Shown: positions 9,150 to 18,946 of the stretch, piece after piece | Layout of the letters: every line of letters starts with the position of its first letter | How positions within the stretch are numbered: the first letter of the stretch is position 1 | Source: K189A clade bacterium | GTDB lineage: Bacteria > Pseudomonadota > Gammaproteobacteria > Pseudomonadales > Azotimanducaceae | Assembly: GCA_018607685.1 (NCBI GenBank) | Contig: JABBBA010000010.1 | Coordinates: 1 to 35,137, forward strand | Direction of reading: 5' to 3' | Length of the DNA: 35,137 bases | Position numbers and translations under genes: made by a program | Notes under the pieces: model-generated | Database searches by the model: none | The model's input: the letters and a program-made list of their open reading frames with translations, nothing else | What the model was told of the DNA's origin: nothing

Positions 9150-10296
9150 AATGGAAAAATGCCCGGAGGTCGTCCACCAGTAGCTGTGGCTCCTCCGCGG
9201 CACCAAAATGGCCACCGCTAGGCATCAATGTATAGCGCGCCAGGTTGGAATTTGCTTCCAGCACGGCGCGCGGCAGGTGCACAACATCTTTTGGAAATAC
9301 CGCGAAAGCCGATGGCGCCTCCAGCGTCGGTGAACGATCGTGTGCCATTGGCCATGGTTTGTTGAAGTGTTCGTGGTACAACCGCAGAGACGACGTGATA
9401 GCACCGGTGCACCAGTAAAGGGCCGCGGTTGTGCACAGATGTTCTTTAGAGAACTTTGACTCTATCTCGCCGTCACAATCACTCCAGTTTCGCCTTCGCT
9501 CCCAGATCCATGCGGCGGTCCCCACGGGTGAATCCATCAATCCATAAGCAAGTGTCTGCGGGTCCAGTCTGTGGACGGCGACGTGGCTGGTGATCAGTGG
9601 CCCAGCTTCAATATTACGTTCCAGCATCCATGCTTCGGATACATCAAAATCTTCTGGCTTAAGCGTTGACCGATCTACACCTGGAACGAGGGTGAGACTC
9701 ATGTGCGCGCCCAGCAGTTTGTCGGCGTACTCATGTGCAAGGTGGGCGGTGACTAATGCGCCCCAGTCACCGCCGTGGGCGGCAAACCTTTTATGTCCGA
9801 GTTCCTCGGTCATCAGCTTCACCCAGAGGTTGGCGACCCGGGCTACATCAACACCCGATTGAGTGAGGGGCGTTGATAAACCAAAACCCGGTAGAGATGG
9901 CACGTAAACGTTGAACGCATCTTCGGCCTTACCGCCGAATGACTCGGGGTCTGACAGGGGTTCGATCACATCCTTGAAGTCCCAGAAGGTCCAGGGCCAG
10001 CCATGGGTCAGTATGATTGGGGGAGCATCAGGATTCCTGGCCGGTGCATGCAGGTAATGCAGCTTGATACCGTCGATGATCGCTTCATAGTGATTCCAGC
10101 GATTCATCTCAGCTTCCTGTTTGTTCCAGTCCCATTCTTCTACCCAGTACTCAACCATTTCCTTTAGCCAGGACCCCGGCACGCCATATTGCCAGTCATC
10201 GTTACCTATCACCGGGGGCCAGCGGGTCTGTTTTAGTCTTGAATTCAGCTCATTCAAAGAGGCTTCCGACAGGGTTGCGCTGATTTTTTTGTGCAT
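9136..10296 (-). CDS. Epoxide hydrolase (alpha/beta hydrolase with N-terminal EHN domain, microsomal-EH-like)
   Basis: LNSRLKQTRWPP (EHN domain), HGWPWTFWDF (HGWP oxyanion motif) and GGDWGA nucleophile elbow. ORF runs to 10317, but GAGGAG sits 7 nt upstream of ATG 10296. Confidence 0.85.
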   Translation of the reverse strand: MHKKISATLSEASLNELNSRLKQTRWPPVIGNDDWQYGVPGSWLKEMVEYWVEEWDWNKQEAEMNRWNHYEAIIDGIKLHYLHAPARNPDAPPIILTHGWPWTFWDFKDVIEPLSDPESFGGKAEDAFNVYVPSLPGFGLSTPLTQSGVDVARVANLWVKLMTEELGHKRFAAHGGDWGALVTAHLAHEYADKLLGAHMSLTLVPGVDRSTLKPEDFDVSEAWMLERNIEAGPLITSHVAVHRLDPQTLAYGLMDSPVGTAAWIWERRRNWSDCDGEIESKFSKEHLCTTAALYWCTGAITSSLRLYHEHFNKPWPMAHDRSPTLEAPSAFAVFPKDVVHLPRAVLEANSNLARYTLMPSGGHFGAAEEPQLLVDDLRAFFHSDIP

Positions 10297-10404
10297 CACT
10301 TTGCTCCTCATTAACATCAGGGTAGATCAAATGAAGGTCCTGTAAAACAGCCCTGTGTTATCTTTAAGAAATTGAATACAAGAATTTAAAACAGGGATTG
10401 AAAG

Positions 10405-11202
10405 ATGCAGGTGCTGAAAGGAAAAGTAGCAGTAGTGACGGGTGCCAGCAAAGGCATTGGCAAGGGCGTCGCAGAAGGTCTTGGAGAAGCAGGTTGTACA
10501 GTTTATCTCACCGGTAGAAGCACCAGCAGTGAATCACCACCAAGGGCACTTACCATCGAGGCAACCGCCGCTTCGGTTGAGGCATACGGTGGCACTGCGA
10601 TTCCGGTAGCCCTCGATCACAATAATGATGACGAAGTACGAGCGCTGTTTGAACGGGTTGAAAAGGAGCAGGGAAGACTCGATATCCTGGTCAACAACGT
10701 TTACCAGATCCCCAACCCTCCGGCGATGGATAAAGGGTTCTGGGAACACCCTATCTCTGTGTGGGATGACCAGTGCGGTGTAGGCCTGCGAGGTTACTAC
10801 GTCGCTTCTGTTCTGGGAGCGCCGATGATGGTCCGTCAGGGGAGTGGCCTTATCGTCAATATTTCGTCACGTGGAGGACGCGAGTATGTGTTCAGTGCCA
10901 GTTATGGTGTGGGTAAAGCAGGGGTAGATCGGATGGCACAGGATTTTGCCGTCGAACTTAAAGATTATGGCGTTACCGCCGTTTCGCTGTCACCCGCAAA
11001 GGTGAAGACGGAATTTATCCTGGAGATGATCGAGCAAGGGAAAATGCAAATGGATCCAGAGGTGGCACAGTCGGTACGATTTTCCGGACGCACGATAGCA
11101 GCACTCGCCAGTGACCCAAACGTCCTGGAAAGAAGTGGTGGAATCTACACCGTAACCGAAGTTGCCAACGCTTACGGTGTCATTGATCCGGATAAAGAGT
11201 AG
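10405..11202 (+). CDS. SDR family oxidoreductase
   Basis: VTGASKGIGKG cofactor motif, NNVY.. region and YGVGK (YxxxK) active site. Confidence 0.85.
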   Translation: MQVLKGKVAVVTGASKGIGKGVAEGLGEAGCTVYLTGRSTSSESPPRALTIEATAASVEAYGGTAIPVALDHNNDDEVRALFERVEKEQGRLDILVNNVYQIPNPPAMDKGFWEHPISVWDDQCGVGLRGYYVASVLGAPMMVRQGSGLIVNISSRGGREYVFSASYGVGKAGVDRMAQDFAVELKDYGVTAVSLSPAKVKTEFILEMIEQGKMQMDPEVAQSVRFSGRTIAALASDPNVLERSGGIYTVTEVANAYGVIDPDKE

Positions 11203-11220
11203 CGGGATTAAAAACCCCGC
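11202..11220. terminator. Short hairpin between SDR and cold-shock gene (weak)
   Basis: GCGGG (11202-11206) pairs with CCCGC (11216-11220), A-rich loop, followed by CTTTTA. Confidence 0.25.
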
Positions 11221-11226
11221 AGGCTT

Positions 11227-11433
11227 TTATAGCGCGACTACGTTCTCTGCCTGGGGTCCTTTTTGACCCTGCGTGATCGTGAACTCTACTTTTTGACCTT
11301 CGGCCAGCGTTTTGAACCCATCGCCTGTGATAGCGCTGAAGTGAACAAATACGTCAGGGCCTGACTCCTGGGCGATAAAACCGAACCCTTTTGATTCGTT
11401 AAACCATTTTACGGTGCCAGTCGTTGTTGACAT
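11227..11433 (-). CDS. Cold-shock protein, CspA family
   Basis: [15 protein letters not shown] (RNP1) and VFVHFS (RNP2). 68 aa. AGGAAG SD. About 160 nt of upstream non-coding region fits the long csp 5' UTRs. Confidence 0.95.
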   Translation of the reverse strand: MSTTTGTVKWFNESKGFGFIAQESGPDVFVHFSAITGDGFKTLAEGQKVEFTITQGQKGPQAENVVAL

Positions 11434-11592
11434 GTTTTCTTCCTAATTTCTTTACAAGTTCATGCTACTAGGTAGCGATTAGCAGAAATGTATTACTTAT
11501 ACTTATGGAATCAGGAAGTAAAAAACTTCTTTGCCGTACATAAATAAAAGAGTTACTTTCTCGCGAAATGGAGTATACGCAGCTTTCATGGT

Positions 11593-12012
11593 ATGTCACA
11601 AGGCACAATGGCAATGAATAATCTCATTGATTCCGGGCCGTGTCCCTGTGAATCAGGCCGAAGTTACGCGAAATGTTGCAGCGCACTACACGCCGGTCAT
11701 GCTCTTGCGGAAACTGCGTTACAACTGATGAGGTCCAGATACAGCGCTTTCGCGCTTGGATATGCGGCTTATCTTGCCAGTTCGTGGCACCCTGATACCA
11801 GGCCCCAAAGTCTCACTATTGATGCAGGCCAGCGATGGATAGGCTTGAAGATAAAGTCCATATCCCGTGGTGGTCCCGATGATACTGAAGGGTCCGTCGA
11901 ATTCATTGCCCGCTATAAGATTCAGGGTAAAGCCCACCGCCTGCAGGAGAACAGTCGGTTCCGCAGACTAGATGGGCGATGGTATTACCTTGACGGCGAG
12001 CAGCCTGACTAG
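11593..12012 (+). CDS. YchJ-like (UPF0225) protein with N-terminal SEC-C zinc motif
   Basis: CPCESGRSYAKCC SEC-C motif followed by an NTF2-like region (LMRSRYSAFA...). Only one SEC-C motif is present. Confidence 0.75.
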   Translation: MSQGTMAMNNLIDSGPCPCESGRSYAKCCSALHAGHALAETALQLMRSRYSAFALGYAAYLASSWHPDTRPQSLTIDAGQRWIGLKIKSISRGGPDDTEGSVEFIARYKIQGKAHRLQENSRFRRLDGRWYYLDGEQPD

Positions 12013-12028
12013 CCGTTCAGTACCAATG

Positions 12029-12068
12029 TCATTCTACCGGTACAAAGGTCATTTTACTGGTACAAAGG
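12029..12068. repeat. 20-bp tandem duplication (18/20 identical) of the msrB 3' end including its stop
   Basis: TCATTCTACCGGTACAAAGG (12029-12048) and TCATTTTACTGGTACAAAGG (12049-12068), then TCAT. The second copy encodes ..FVPVK-stop. The first copy is a decayed repeat encoding FVPVE-stop. Confidence 0.9.
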
Positions 12069-12417
12069 TCATGGAAATGGAATTGACACAGTGGCGAATA
12101 TTCTTCGCGGTCAATCCTTCGCCTTCGAACACATGGCCAAGATGGCCGTCGCAATGCGCGCACAGGATCTCGACACGATGGCCGTCGGCGTCGGCCTCCC
12201 GTTTAACGGCGCCCTCGATCTCATCGTCAAATGCCGGCCAGCCGCAGTTCGAGTGAAATTTGTGTTCGGAGCGATACAGGGGCGTATTGCACTGTTTGCA
12301 GGCGTAATGGCCGCCGACTTCGAAGTGTTCAGTCAGCGGACCGGTGAACGGCATTTCGGTGCCTTTGTGAAGCAGGACTTGCTGTTCTTCTGCGGTTAGG
12401 TCGTTGTAATCGGACAT
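12049..12417 (-). CDS. msrB: Peptide-methionine (R)-S-oxide reductase MsrB
   Basis: Two CxxC zinc pairs (CKQC, CAHC), GWPAF, and catalytic RHCVNS. Confidence 0.93.
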   Translation of the reverse strand: MSDYNDLTAEEQQVLLHKGTEMPFTGPLTEHFEVGGHYACKQCNTPLYRSEHKFHSNCGWPAFDDEIEGAVKREADADGHRVEILCAHCDGHLGHVFEGEGLTAKNIRHCVNSISMTFVPVK

Positions 12418-12529
12418 ATGTTTCGTTTGATAGTGATGTGTGGAGTGGTTTTACCAGTGTTGGATAAGGCCCTGCAAGTTGAAAATGGATTGTGCTAGTC
12501 TCTGATTCGCCAAATTTAAGGAAAGAGTC

Positions 12530-13102
12530 ATGTTCAGAAAACTGATACCGGTCGCATTGTTGCTTCTGGCGGGTTGTTCCGAAACCGAGGAAACATCGCA
12601 GTCACAAGTGGCGCAGGAGCCGCTATCACAGGAAATGCAGGCGGATGGTCAGCAGGAAGCAGCTGCGGCGCTCGGACTTTCTGAACAAGAGCTTTCTACC
12701 CAGGAACTTTCTATTAAAGACCCTGGACAGGCTTACTTGTATATTAATTCACAGAAACCTGGTGTAAGAGTAATGGAGTCAGGATTACAGTTTGAAATCC
12801 TTGAGTCCGGCGAAGGCCGCTCACCGTCAGCCACCTCAAATGTCTTAACGCACTACCATGGCACCTTCGTTAATGGCGACGTGTTTGATAGCTCCGTGGA
12901 CCGAGGGACGCCCGCCGGATTTCCAGTGAACCGCGTCATCGCAGGCTGGACTGAAGCTTTGCAAATGATGAAGGAAGGCGACAAATGGCGATTGGTTTTG
13001 CCCCCCGAAATTGCATATGGTGAAAGAGGTGCCGCCGGTGGACTTATTCCGCCTAATACCGTCCTTGTGTTTGAAGTAGAACTGATAGAGGTAACGGACT
13101 AG
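12530..13102 (+). CDS. FKBP-type peptidyl-prolyl cis-trans isomerase, lipoprotein
   Basis: Lipobox LLAGCSE. C-terminal FKBP domain: HYHGTFVNGDVFDSS, VIAGWTEALQMMKEGDKW and IPPNTVLVFEVELIEV. Confidence 0.9.
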   Translation: MFRKLIPVALLLLAGCSETEETSQSQVAQEPLSQEMQADGQQEAAAALGLSEQELSTQELSIKDPGQAYLYINSQKPGVRVMESGLQFEILESGEGRSPSATSNVLTHYHGTFVNGDVFDSSVDRGTPAGFPVNRVIAGWTEALQMMKEGDKWRLVLPPEIAYGERGAAGGLIPPNTVLVFEVELIEVTD

Positions 13103-13108
13103 ATACCC

Positions 13109-14296
13109 ATGGGCACACTAGATGACTTCAGAGATGAAACCAGGACCTGGCTTGAACAAAACTGTCCCGATGGTGCTAAAGGTTCAGGTCAGATTCCAAT
13201 CGGTAGTAAATCCATAGAACTGGAACCTGATGTCCGAGCCTGGCTGGATCTTATGGCGGGAAAGGGCTGGACGGTACCCACCTGGCCGGTCGAATATGGT
13301 GGCGCTGCTTTGAACAATGAAGAGTACAAGATCCTCATTGAAGAACTCAAACGGGTTGGCGCGCGAACTCCCCTGACAGGCCGGGGTGTTAACTATATAG
13401 GCCCTACTATCCTTGAGTTCGGGACGGATGAACAGAAAGCAAGGTGGCTGCCGATATGCGCTCGAGGTGATGGTGCGTGGGCGATGGGATATTCGGAGCC
13501 GGGCGCTGGTTCAGATCTGGCGAGCCTCTCGACCAAAGCGGTGAAAGAAGGCGACAACTACATTATCAATGGGCGGAAGACCTGGACCAGCGACGCGACA
13601 TATTGTGATTATATTTTTGTTCTCGTTCGCACATCACCGGATAAACCCAAACATGAGGGTATCAGCCTGGTGCTGGTGGACATGCATCAGGCAGGCGTCG
13701 CTGTAAACCCGATTGCGTTGATTTCCGGCGCGTCGCCTTTTTGTGAAACGCTGTTTGAAGATGCGATTGTGCCCGTCACTGACCTGATTGGTGGCGTGGA
13801 TCGCGGCTGGACCGTCGGGAAGCGTTTATTGCAATTCGAACGATCAACCCATGCCGGTATCAATATTTCAGGCTCACAGGGCGGCAGGACCGAAGAAAGT
13901 CAGCTGCCGCAACTGGTTGCGCACTATGCGGAGCTAGAGGATGGAAAAATTGCGGATGCGTCGCTAAGAACCTGGCTTACTCAGCATGAAATGAACACCC
14001 ATGCGCAACAGATTACGCAGCGTCGCGCGATAGCGGAAATGCAAAGTCGGGCGCCAGGATTTACCTCGTCTGCGGTCAAGTTGACCAACGCGCTTAACAT
14101 CCAGGATGGTGATGAGTTGCTAATGACAGCCATGGGTAACAGTGCCTATCACTGGGATACTGAAGGCGGGGCTTCAGAAGATGAGGTTGCAGCGGTCAAA
14201 AAATGGCTCTATCAGAAGTCGCTGACAATCGCCGGTGGCACCAAGGAAGTTCAACTGAACATCATTGCCAAACGGGTTCTTGGTTTACCTGACTGA
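13109..14296 (+). CDS. Acyl-CoA dehydrogenase family protein
   Basis: GYSEPGAGSDLASL, ING.KTWTS and C-terminal IAGGTKEVQLNIIAKRVLGLP are typical ACAD motifs. Confidence 0.85.
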   Translation: MGTLDDFRDETRTWLEQNCPDGAKGSGQIPIGSKSIELEPDVRAWLDLMAGKGWTVPTWPVEYGGAALNNEEYKILIEELKRVGARTPLTGRGVNYIGPTILEFGTDEQKARWLPICARGDGAWAMGYSEPGAGSDLASLSTKAVKEGDNYIINGRKTWTSDATYCDYIFVLVRTSPDKPKHEGISLVLVDMHQAGVAVNPIALISGASPFCETLFEDAIVPVTDLIGGVDRGWTVGKRLLQFERSTHAGINISGSQGGRTEESQLPQLVAHYAELEDGKIADASLRTWLTQHEMNTHAQQITQRRAIAEMQSRAPGFTSSAVKLTNALNIQDGDELLMTAMGNSAYHWDTEGGASEDEVAAVKKWLYQKSLTIAGGTKEVQLNIIAKRVLGLPD

Positions 14297-14371
14297 AGGC
14301 GTGCCTGCGCTAACCTGGCAGGTTTTGTCTGTTAAGCTGTCCTTACCAAAGTCAATAACGAGGGTTTTCTA

Positions 14372-14785
14372 ATGGATCTTGGACTTGTACATATGCCGTT
14401 GTATGCGGCGCTCACGACAGCGTTTCTAACCGTGATGCAGGTAGTGTTGATGTTCAGAGTGATTGGTATGCGGGGCCAGGCAGAAGTGCTGATTGGCACG
14501 GATGGCAATGAGGCGCTGGAGCTGAGACAGCGCGTGCATGGTAACTTCATCGAAAACGTACCCACTTTCCTTATTGGGCTGGCGCTCATCGAACTGATAG
14601 TGGGTAGCACGCTCTGGGTGGCAGCCCTGGCCGGTGTTTTTGTGGTTTCTCGTATTGCCCATGCGGTAGGTCTTGGCATGAGTTCCGGCGTCACGCCCGG
14701 GCGGCTTGTTGGAACGCTGGGAACAATGATCTCCATGGTCGTAGCAGCCGGGTATCTCACTTATCTGGTTGTCGATAAGCTCTAG
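14372..14785 (+). CDS. MAPEG family membrane protein (glutathione-transferase-like)
   Basis: 137 aa with four hydrophobic helices. RVHGNFIENVPTFL and VSRIAHAVG resemble the conserved MAPEG loops. Confidence 0.7.
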   Translation: MDLGLVHMPLYAALTTAFLTVMQVVLMFRVIGMRGQAEVLIGTDGNEALELRQRVHGNFIENVPTFLIGLALIELIVGSTLWVAALAGVFVVSRIAHAVGLGMSSGVTPGRLVGTLGTMISMVVAAGYLTYLVVDKL

Positions 14786-14816
14786 ATTCCACAAAAGTAA
14801 TACCAGGATTACGTAG

Positions 14817-15248
14817 ATGAGAATTGCACTTATCGCCGCGGCCATCCTGGCATTGCTGATTACGGGGTATGTCGCCTATGTGACAATGATAGGGAATCCC
14901 GCGGTCGTCGCAGACCTTAAAGAACATCCGATGGGTGAACGCGCAGAGCGCGCGATGCTCCTGACTTTTCCTGACGGAAAAACAATCCCTGTTAACTACC
15001 TCCGTGAAGGCAACCGGGTCTATGCCGGGGCCGACGGTTCATGGTGGCAAGCATTTGATGGGGACGGCGCGGTGGTTAGTCTGCTGGTTCAGGGTGAGAT
15101 GCTGGAAGGTCACGCGACCGTTGAACTTGAAGACCAGGCGTTTATCGACGATGTGTTTTCAAGGCTCAGGCCCACGGCCCCGGAATGGCTACCCGATTGG
15201 GCGAACGGAAAACTTGTCATCATCGAACTGAAGGTCGCGGCGGACTAA
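14817..15248 (+). CDS. Membrane-anchored hypothetical protein
   Basis: N-terminal TM helix (IALIAAAILALLITGYVAYV), then a soluble beta-rich domain. Faint resemblance to split-barrel/DUF385-like proteins, not verifiable here. Confidence 0.5.
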   Translation: MRIALIAAAILALLITGYVAYVTMIGNPAVVADLKEHPMGERAERAMLLTFPDGKTIPVNYLREGNRVYAGADGSWWQAFDGDGAVVSLLVQGEMLEGHATVELEDQAFIDDVFSRLRPTAPEWLPDWANGKLVIIELKVAAD

Positions 15249-15261
15249 ACTGACAGGCCGC

Positions 15262-16254
15262 TCAATTGATTCTGCCCGCAATTTCCGCAGTAATCTCATA
15301 TGAGCGTAGTCGTGCCGTGTGATCGAAAATTGAGGACACGATGATGAGCTCGTCAGCTGCCGTCTCCTTAAGAAACTTCCCAACCTGTTCTTCAACCATG
15401 TCCGCAGTACCCACGGCAGCACATCTCGCCATTTGATTTAGCATTTGTTGTTCCGCCGCCGACAGCGTGGCTTCATAGTCTTTGATGGGTGGCGGCAATT
15501 TACCCGGAGCACCTTTTCTAAGATTAACGAAAGACTGCAATGATGAGGAGCGGAGTAGATCTGCTTCCTCTGCACTGTCGGCCGCGCAAATGTTGTAACC
15601 GAGCATGACATGTGGTTTTTCAAGTTGTTCCGAGGGCTTGAAGTTATCTCGGTAGATCTCTATTGCCTGGTCCATCGCCGCAGGCGCGAAATGCGAGGCG
15701 AATGCAAAAGGTAATCCCAGCATTGCGGCAAGCTGGGCGCCGAAAAGGCTCGAACCCAGTATCCAGAGTGGCACATTGGTGCCGGCACCCGGTGTGGCGA
15801 CAACCTTCTGGCCAGCTTCCGGTTCTTTTAGAAAGTGCTGGAGCTCTACAACGTCCCTTGGGAAGTCGCCTACCTCCTGGGATAGTGATCGCCTGAGCGC
15901 CTGCATGGTCAGTTGGTCAGTACCCGGTGCACGCCCAAGTCCAAGATCAATTCGATCCGGATAAAGCGAGGCGAGGGTGCCGAATTGTTCCGCAATCATC
16001 AATGGTGCGTGGTTGGGTAACATAATGCCCCCAGAGCCAATCCGAATCGTTGAAGTGCCTCCCGCGATGTAGCCCACCACCACGGATGTTGCCGCCGAGG
16101 CTATGCCTGGAATGTTGTGGTGTTCGGCTACCCAGTAACGGTTGAATCCCCATTTTTCGACGTGTTGGGCCAGATCGAGTGCGTTATGGAGTGCCTCTCT
16201 GGTATTACTGCCTTCACAGACGGGTGCAAGATCGAGAACAGAAAAGAGTGTCAT
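15262..16254 (-). CDS. LLM-class (luciferase-like) flavin-dependent oxidoreductase
   Basis: N-terminus FSVLDLAPV....[17 protein letters not shown] is characteristic of the YhbW/MsnO8-like LLM subgroup. 330 aa. Confidence 0.85.
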   Translation of the reverse strand: MTLFSVLDLAPVCEGSNTREALHNALDLAQHVEKWGFNRYWVAEHHNIPGIASAATSVVVGYIAGGTSTIRIGSGGIMLPNHAPLMIAEQFGTLASLYPDRIDLGLGRAPGTDQLTMQALRRSLSQEVGDFPRDVVELQHFLKEPEAGQKVVATPGAGTNVPLWILGSSLFGAQLAAMLGLPFAFASHFAPAAMDQAIEIYRDNFKPSEQLEKPHVMLGYNICAADSAEEADLLRSSSLQSFVNLRKGAPGKLPPPIKDYEATLSAAEQQMLNQMARCAAVGTADMVEEQVGKFLKETAADELIIVSSIFDHTARLRSYEITAEIAGRIN

Positions 16255-16338
16255 GTTTTAGTCGACTGTAGGAAAGCGCACTATTCTAAACTTGCACCGC
16301 CGCTGTGTCTCGTACAGATCAGTTCCGGCTAACGATTA

Positions 16339-17631
16339 TCAGAAGTTCTCCAGCTTGTCTTTTGATTCGTTAGACGCAGAACCATATATTCCTTTACTCA
16401 TCAGTGAGGTTTCAAGCGTTCTTCTGTGTTGGTAAACCTCGGCCCTGATTTCGTGGATAGCGATTTCATCGGGAGCGGCCTGGGCGGCCAGTTCTACGAG
16501 GTGGCAGGCGAGCCGTGGGTCTGAATCCATAAGCTGATGGCCGCGTTCAGCGAGTTTGATAGCGCCTCCTGCCAGTGTGGCCAGTTCGCCGGCCAGCATT
16601 GAGTCCGGGGCCGGCTTCAGGTTTGCGGGGTTGCCGTCGTACCAGCCTCCATACATTCTCCAGATATTGCGTACGACAAATTCCGGTTCGTCATAGACAG
16701 GTTTCAGGTAAGGCTTTTCAAGGATAGATGGATCAATTTTCACTTCGTGAACAATGTCGTTCAGTCTTGCTCCCTCGTTCATTCGGAGAATTGTTTCCTT
16801 GACCAGGAACTCCAGTGACTCGGCAACATCTGTCAGCACTGTTTTGATTCTCGCAGCACCGGCAATCGGCAAGCCGTGGGCTGGCATAAACAGTTCTGCA
16901 CCCTGGTTCGCCATCTCACGCATCGCCGCAGCCCATTCAACGGGATATCGCTGTACCTTCTGGGGATTACCTGCATTGGGAAAACACCAGATAAAGAAGT
17001 CACCAGCACATATCGCCTTGTGCTCGGGTATCCAGGCCCAGGTGTGGTCATCGGTTTCACCTTTGGCGTGCTTTAGCTCGATCTTGAGCCCGCCAATATT
17101 CAGATCCAGTGATTGCTCGTAGGTCAGGTCAGGTTTGGGTGAGCTTATGGGAAGAAAATTGTCTCCATCCTGTATCTGGTAACCACGGCGCGAAAACTGC
17201 CCGAACTGGCGTTGGTTAATCACCCTGTTGTATCCGTTGGTGAAATTGTATCGGTCAAACCGTTTGGGTACGTTTACATGCCCAATGATCCGGGGCCGGG
17301 CATGTTTATTTTGTTCTGCGTCCTGAAGAAAGGCACCGCAGCCTCCGACATGATCAACATGTCCATGTGTATACACCAATGAATTGAAAGGGGCCTTGCG
17401 CCATTTCCTGATCGCACCCACGACACGCTCGCCACCCTGTGGGCCGGAGGTGTCAAACGCAACAAGACCATCATCGGTCTCAAACACCACGCAATGTGAG
17501 AAGGCTTCCACCAGCGCGACCTTGTCGGTTATAGCGGATAGCTCGAAGTTAATTCGATTCATCGGGCCGACATCTTCGGTTGTCTGGGTCCCGTCTATCA
17601 CAGCTGATGAAAGCGCCAGTAGATCCGTCAT
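16339..17631 (-). CDS. MBL-fold alkyl/aryl-sulfatase-like hydrolase (MBL plus alkyl-sulfatase dimerisation domain, no SCP2 C-terminal domain)
   Basis: YTHGHVDHVGG metal motif. NIWRMYGGWYDGNPANLKP and a helical LACHLVELAAQAAPD segment match the type III sulfatase dimerisation domain. The protein ends at 430 aa. Confidence 0.75.
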   Translation of the reverse strand: MTDLLALSSAVIDGTQTTEDVGPMNRINFELSAITDKVALVEAFSHCVVFETDDGLVAFDTSGPQGGERVVGAIRKWRKAPFNSLVYTHGHVDHVGGCGAFLQDAEQNKHARPRIIGHVNVPKRFDRYNFTNGYNRVINQRQFGQFSRRGYQIQDGDNFLPISSPKPDLTYEQSLDLNIGGLKIELKHAKGETDDHTWAWIPEHKAICAGDFFIWCFPNAGNPQKVQRYPVEWAAAMREMANQGAELFMPAHGLPIAGAARIKTVLTDVAESLEFLVKETILRMNEGARLNDIVHEVKIDPSILEKPYLKPVYDEPEFVVRNIWRMYGGWYDGNPANLKPAPDSMLAGELATLAGGAIKLAERGHQLMDSDPRLACHLVELAAQAAPDEIAIHEIRAEVYQHRRTLETSLMSKGIYGSASNESKDKLENF

Positions 17632-17643
17632 CGTAGAGCCTCT

Positions 17644-18813
17644 TTAGTTGGATTCAGAGAGCATTTTTTGAACCAGGTCGTAACAGTCATGATCGTCCAT
17701 CGCCTGCCACATATACTGTAAGCCCTGACCCCATAGGGCCTTCATCCTTTCGCCCTCGGGTGTCTCAAACGATGGCAATGTAGCTGCCCCGAGTGTCGTC
17801 AGTGCCATCCACCATAGAATAAACCCAAGACGGTAGTCTTCAACCAGCATTTCATAGGTATAGGCCGCCGCCTCGGGAGAATGCTCAACCAGTCGCTGGT
17901 GATATTGCTTAAGGAAATCGAGATCTTTTCTTCGCAGCTCAGGTGCAAGAGAGTGTTGCCATGACTGGGTAAACTCCGGCCCAACTGGGCCGGGCCCTAT
18001 CAGTTGCCAGTCGATATAGGTCAAATCACCGGTTTCCGCTGGCTGTCCTTTCGTTCGAAACAGGTTGTCTGCTCGCAGATCATTGTGGACCAGGGTCCAG
18101 GGTCTTTCTGTGAAGGTTGTATAGATGTTGTCCAGCACCTGTTGTGCATTGCCATCACAGATGAGCTTGGCCAGGGGTTCTACCGATGACCAACTATCCT
18201 GGAATGGACTTTGGCCAAAACTTTTCTCCCAGAGGGTAACGAAAGTTTCGATATGATCCGGACAGGTTAAGGCCGCGTCATGCAGGGTAAATTCGTAGCG
18301 GTCCCCCTGGTGTCGAAGCCATTCCAGCTTAAGAGTGTCGGACTCCCAAAATTTTGCGTGAAATTCGGCCACCTCCAGGTTGATCTTTCTTAGATAGGCC
18401 TCGTCCGGTGGATCGTTGACCTGGTCGAATACATCGGAGTGGGTGCCCAGGTCTTCCATGACAATGGAGAAGAATTCACAGCCGTCGGAACCATCATCCA
18501 GAACGCTGTAGATGATTGGCGTACGAAGGGGCACTTCATCAACAAGCTCTTTAAAGAAACGAACTTCCCGCACATAGACTCTGTTGCTGACGGCAACTGC
18601 GCGTTGGTCTTCCTTTGCGTTTGTGATTTTTAAAACGACTGATGTTGGAAGCTTCGAACTATCGGCGTACCTGATACTGTGGATCTTGAATGCATCAGAG
18701 AGAACGCCTCCTTCAAGAAACGTGACGTCGAATCCAGTGATTTCGCCTCCCAGGATTTCTGATAACCATGAATTTGTAACGTCGGTAATACTCTTGGGTA
18801 TTGCTGTAGGCAT
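17644..18813 (-). CDS. Phosphotransferase (APH/EcKL/CHK kinase-like fold) family protein
   Basis: Brenner-type HNDLRADNLF catalytic loop followed by YIDWQL (DxD-like). Sits 12 nt upstream of the MBL gene on the same strand. Confidence 0.75.
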   Translation of the reverse strand: MPTAIPKSITDVTNSWLSEILGGEITGFDVTFLEGGVLSDAFKIHSIRYADSSKLPTSVVLKITNAKEDQRAVAVSNRVYVREVRFFKELVDEVPLRTPIIYSVLDDGSDGCEFFSIVMEDLGTHSDVFDQVNDPPDEAYLRKINLEVAEFHAKFWESDTLKLEWLRHQGDRYEFTLHDAALTCPDHIETFVTLWEKSFGQSPFQDSWSSVEPLAKLICDGNAQQVLDNIYTTFTERPWTLVHNDLRADNLFRTKGQPAETGDLTYIDWQLIGPGPVGPEFTQSWQHSLAPELRRKDLDFLKQYHQRLVEHSPEAAAYTYEMLVEDYRLGFILWWMALTTLGAATLPSFETPEGERMKALWGQGLQYMWQAMDDHDCYDLVQKMLSESN

Positions 18814-18946
18814 ACACTTCTCCCGGAGTTCAAGATCTCAGTGAAGCAGATAAACAAAGCTGTGCCAAGGGTCGGCGGCCAAGATTGCGTATCGAGCGTA
18901 AAGCTGATCGAATAGCGCGACTGGAATACTGGATACGGATTTTCCC

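Noticed and set aside
14332-14845. Two long minus-strand ORFs (142 and 139 aa) antisense to the MAPEG gene
   Set aside because: The plus-strand product has clear MAPEG-like helices and motifs. The antisense products are Pro/Arg/Thr-rich with no motif, as is typical of shadow ORFs. The same reasoning applies to the other internal antisense ORFs in the track (e.g. 1034-1532, 21376-22121, 22048-22515, 23766-24134, 25923-26375, 27529-27985).
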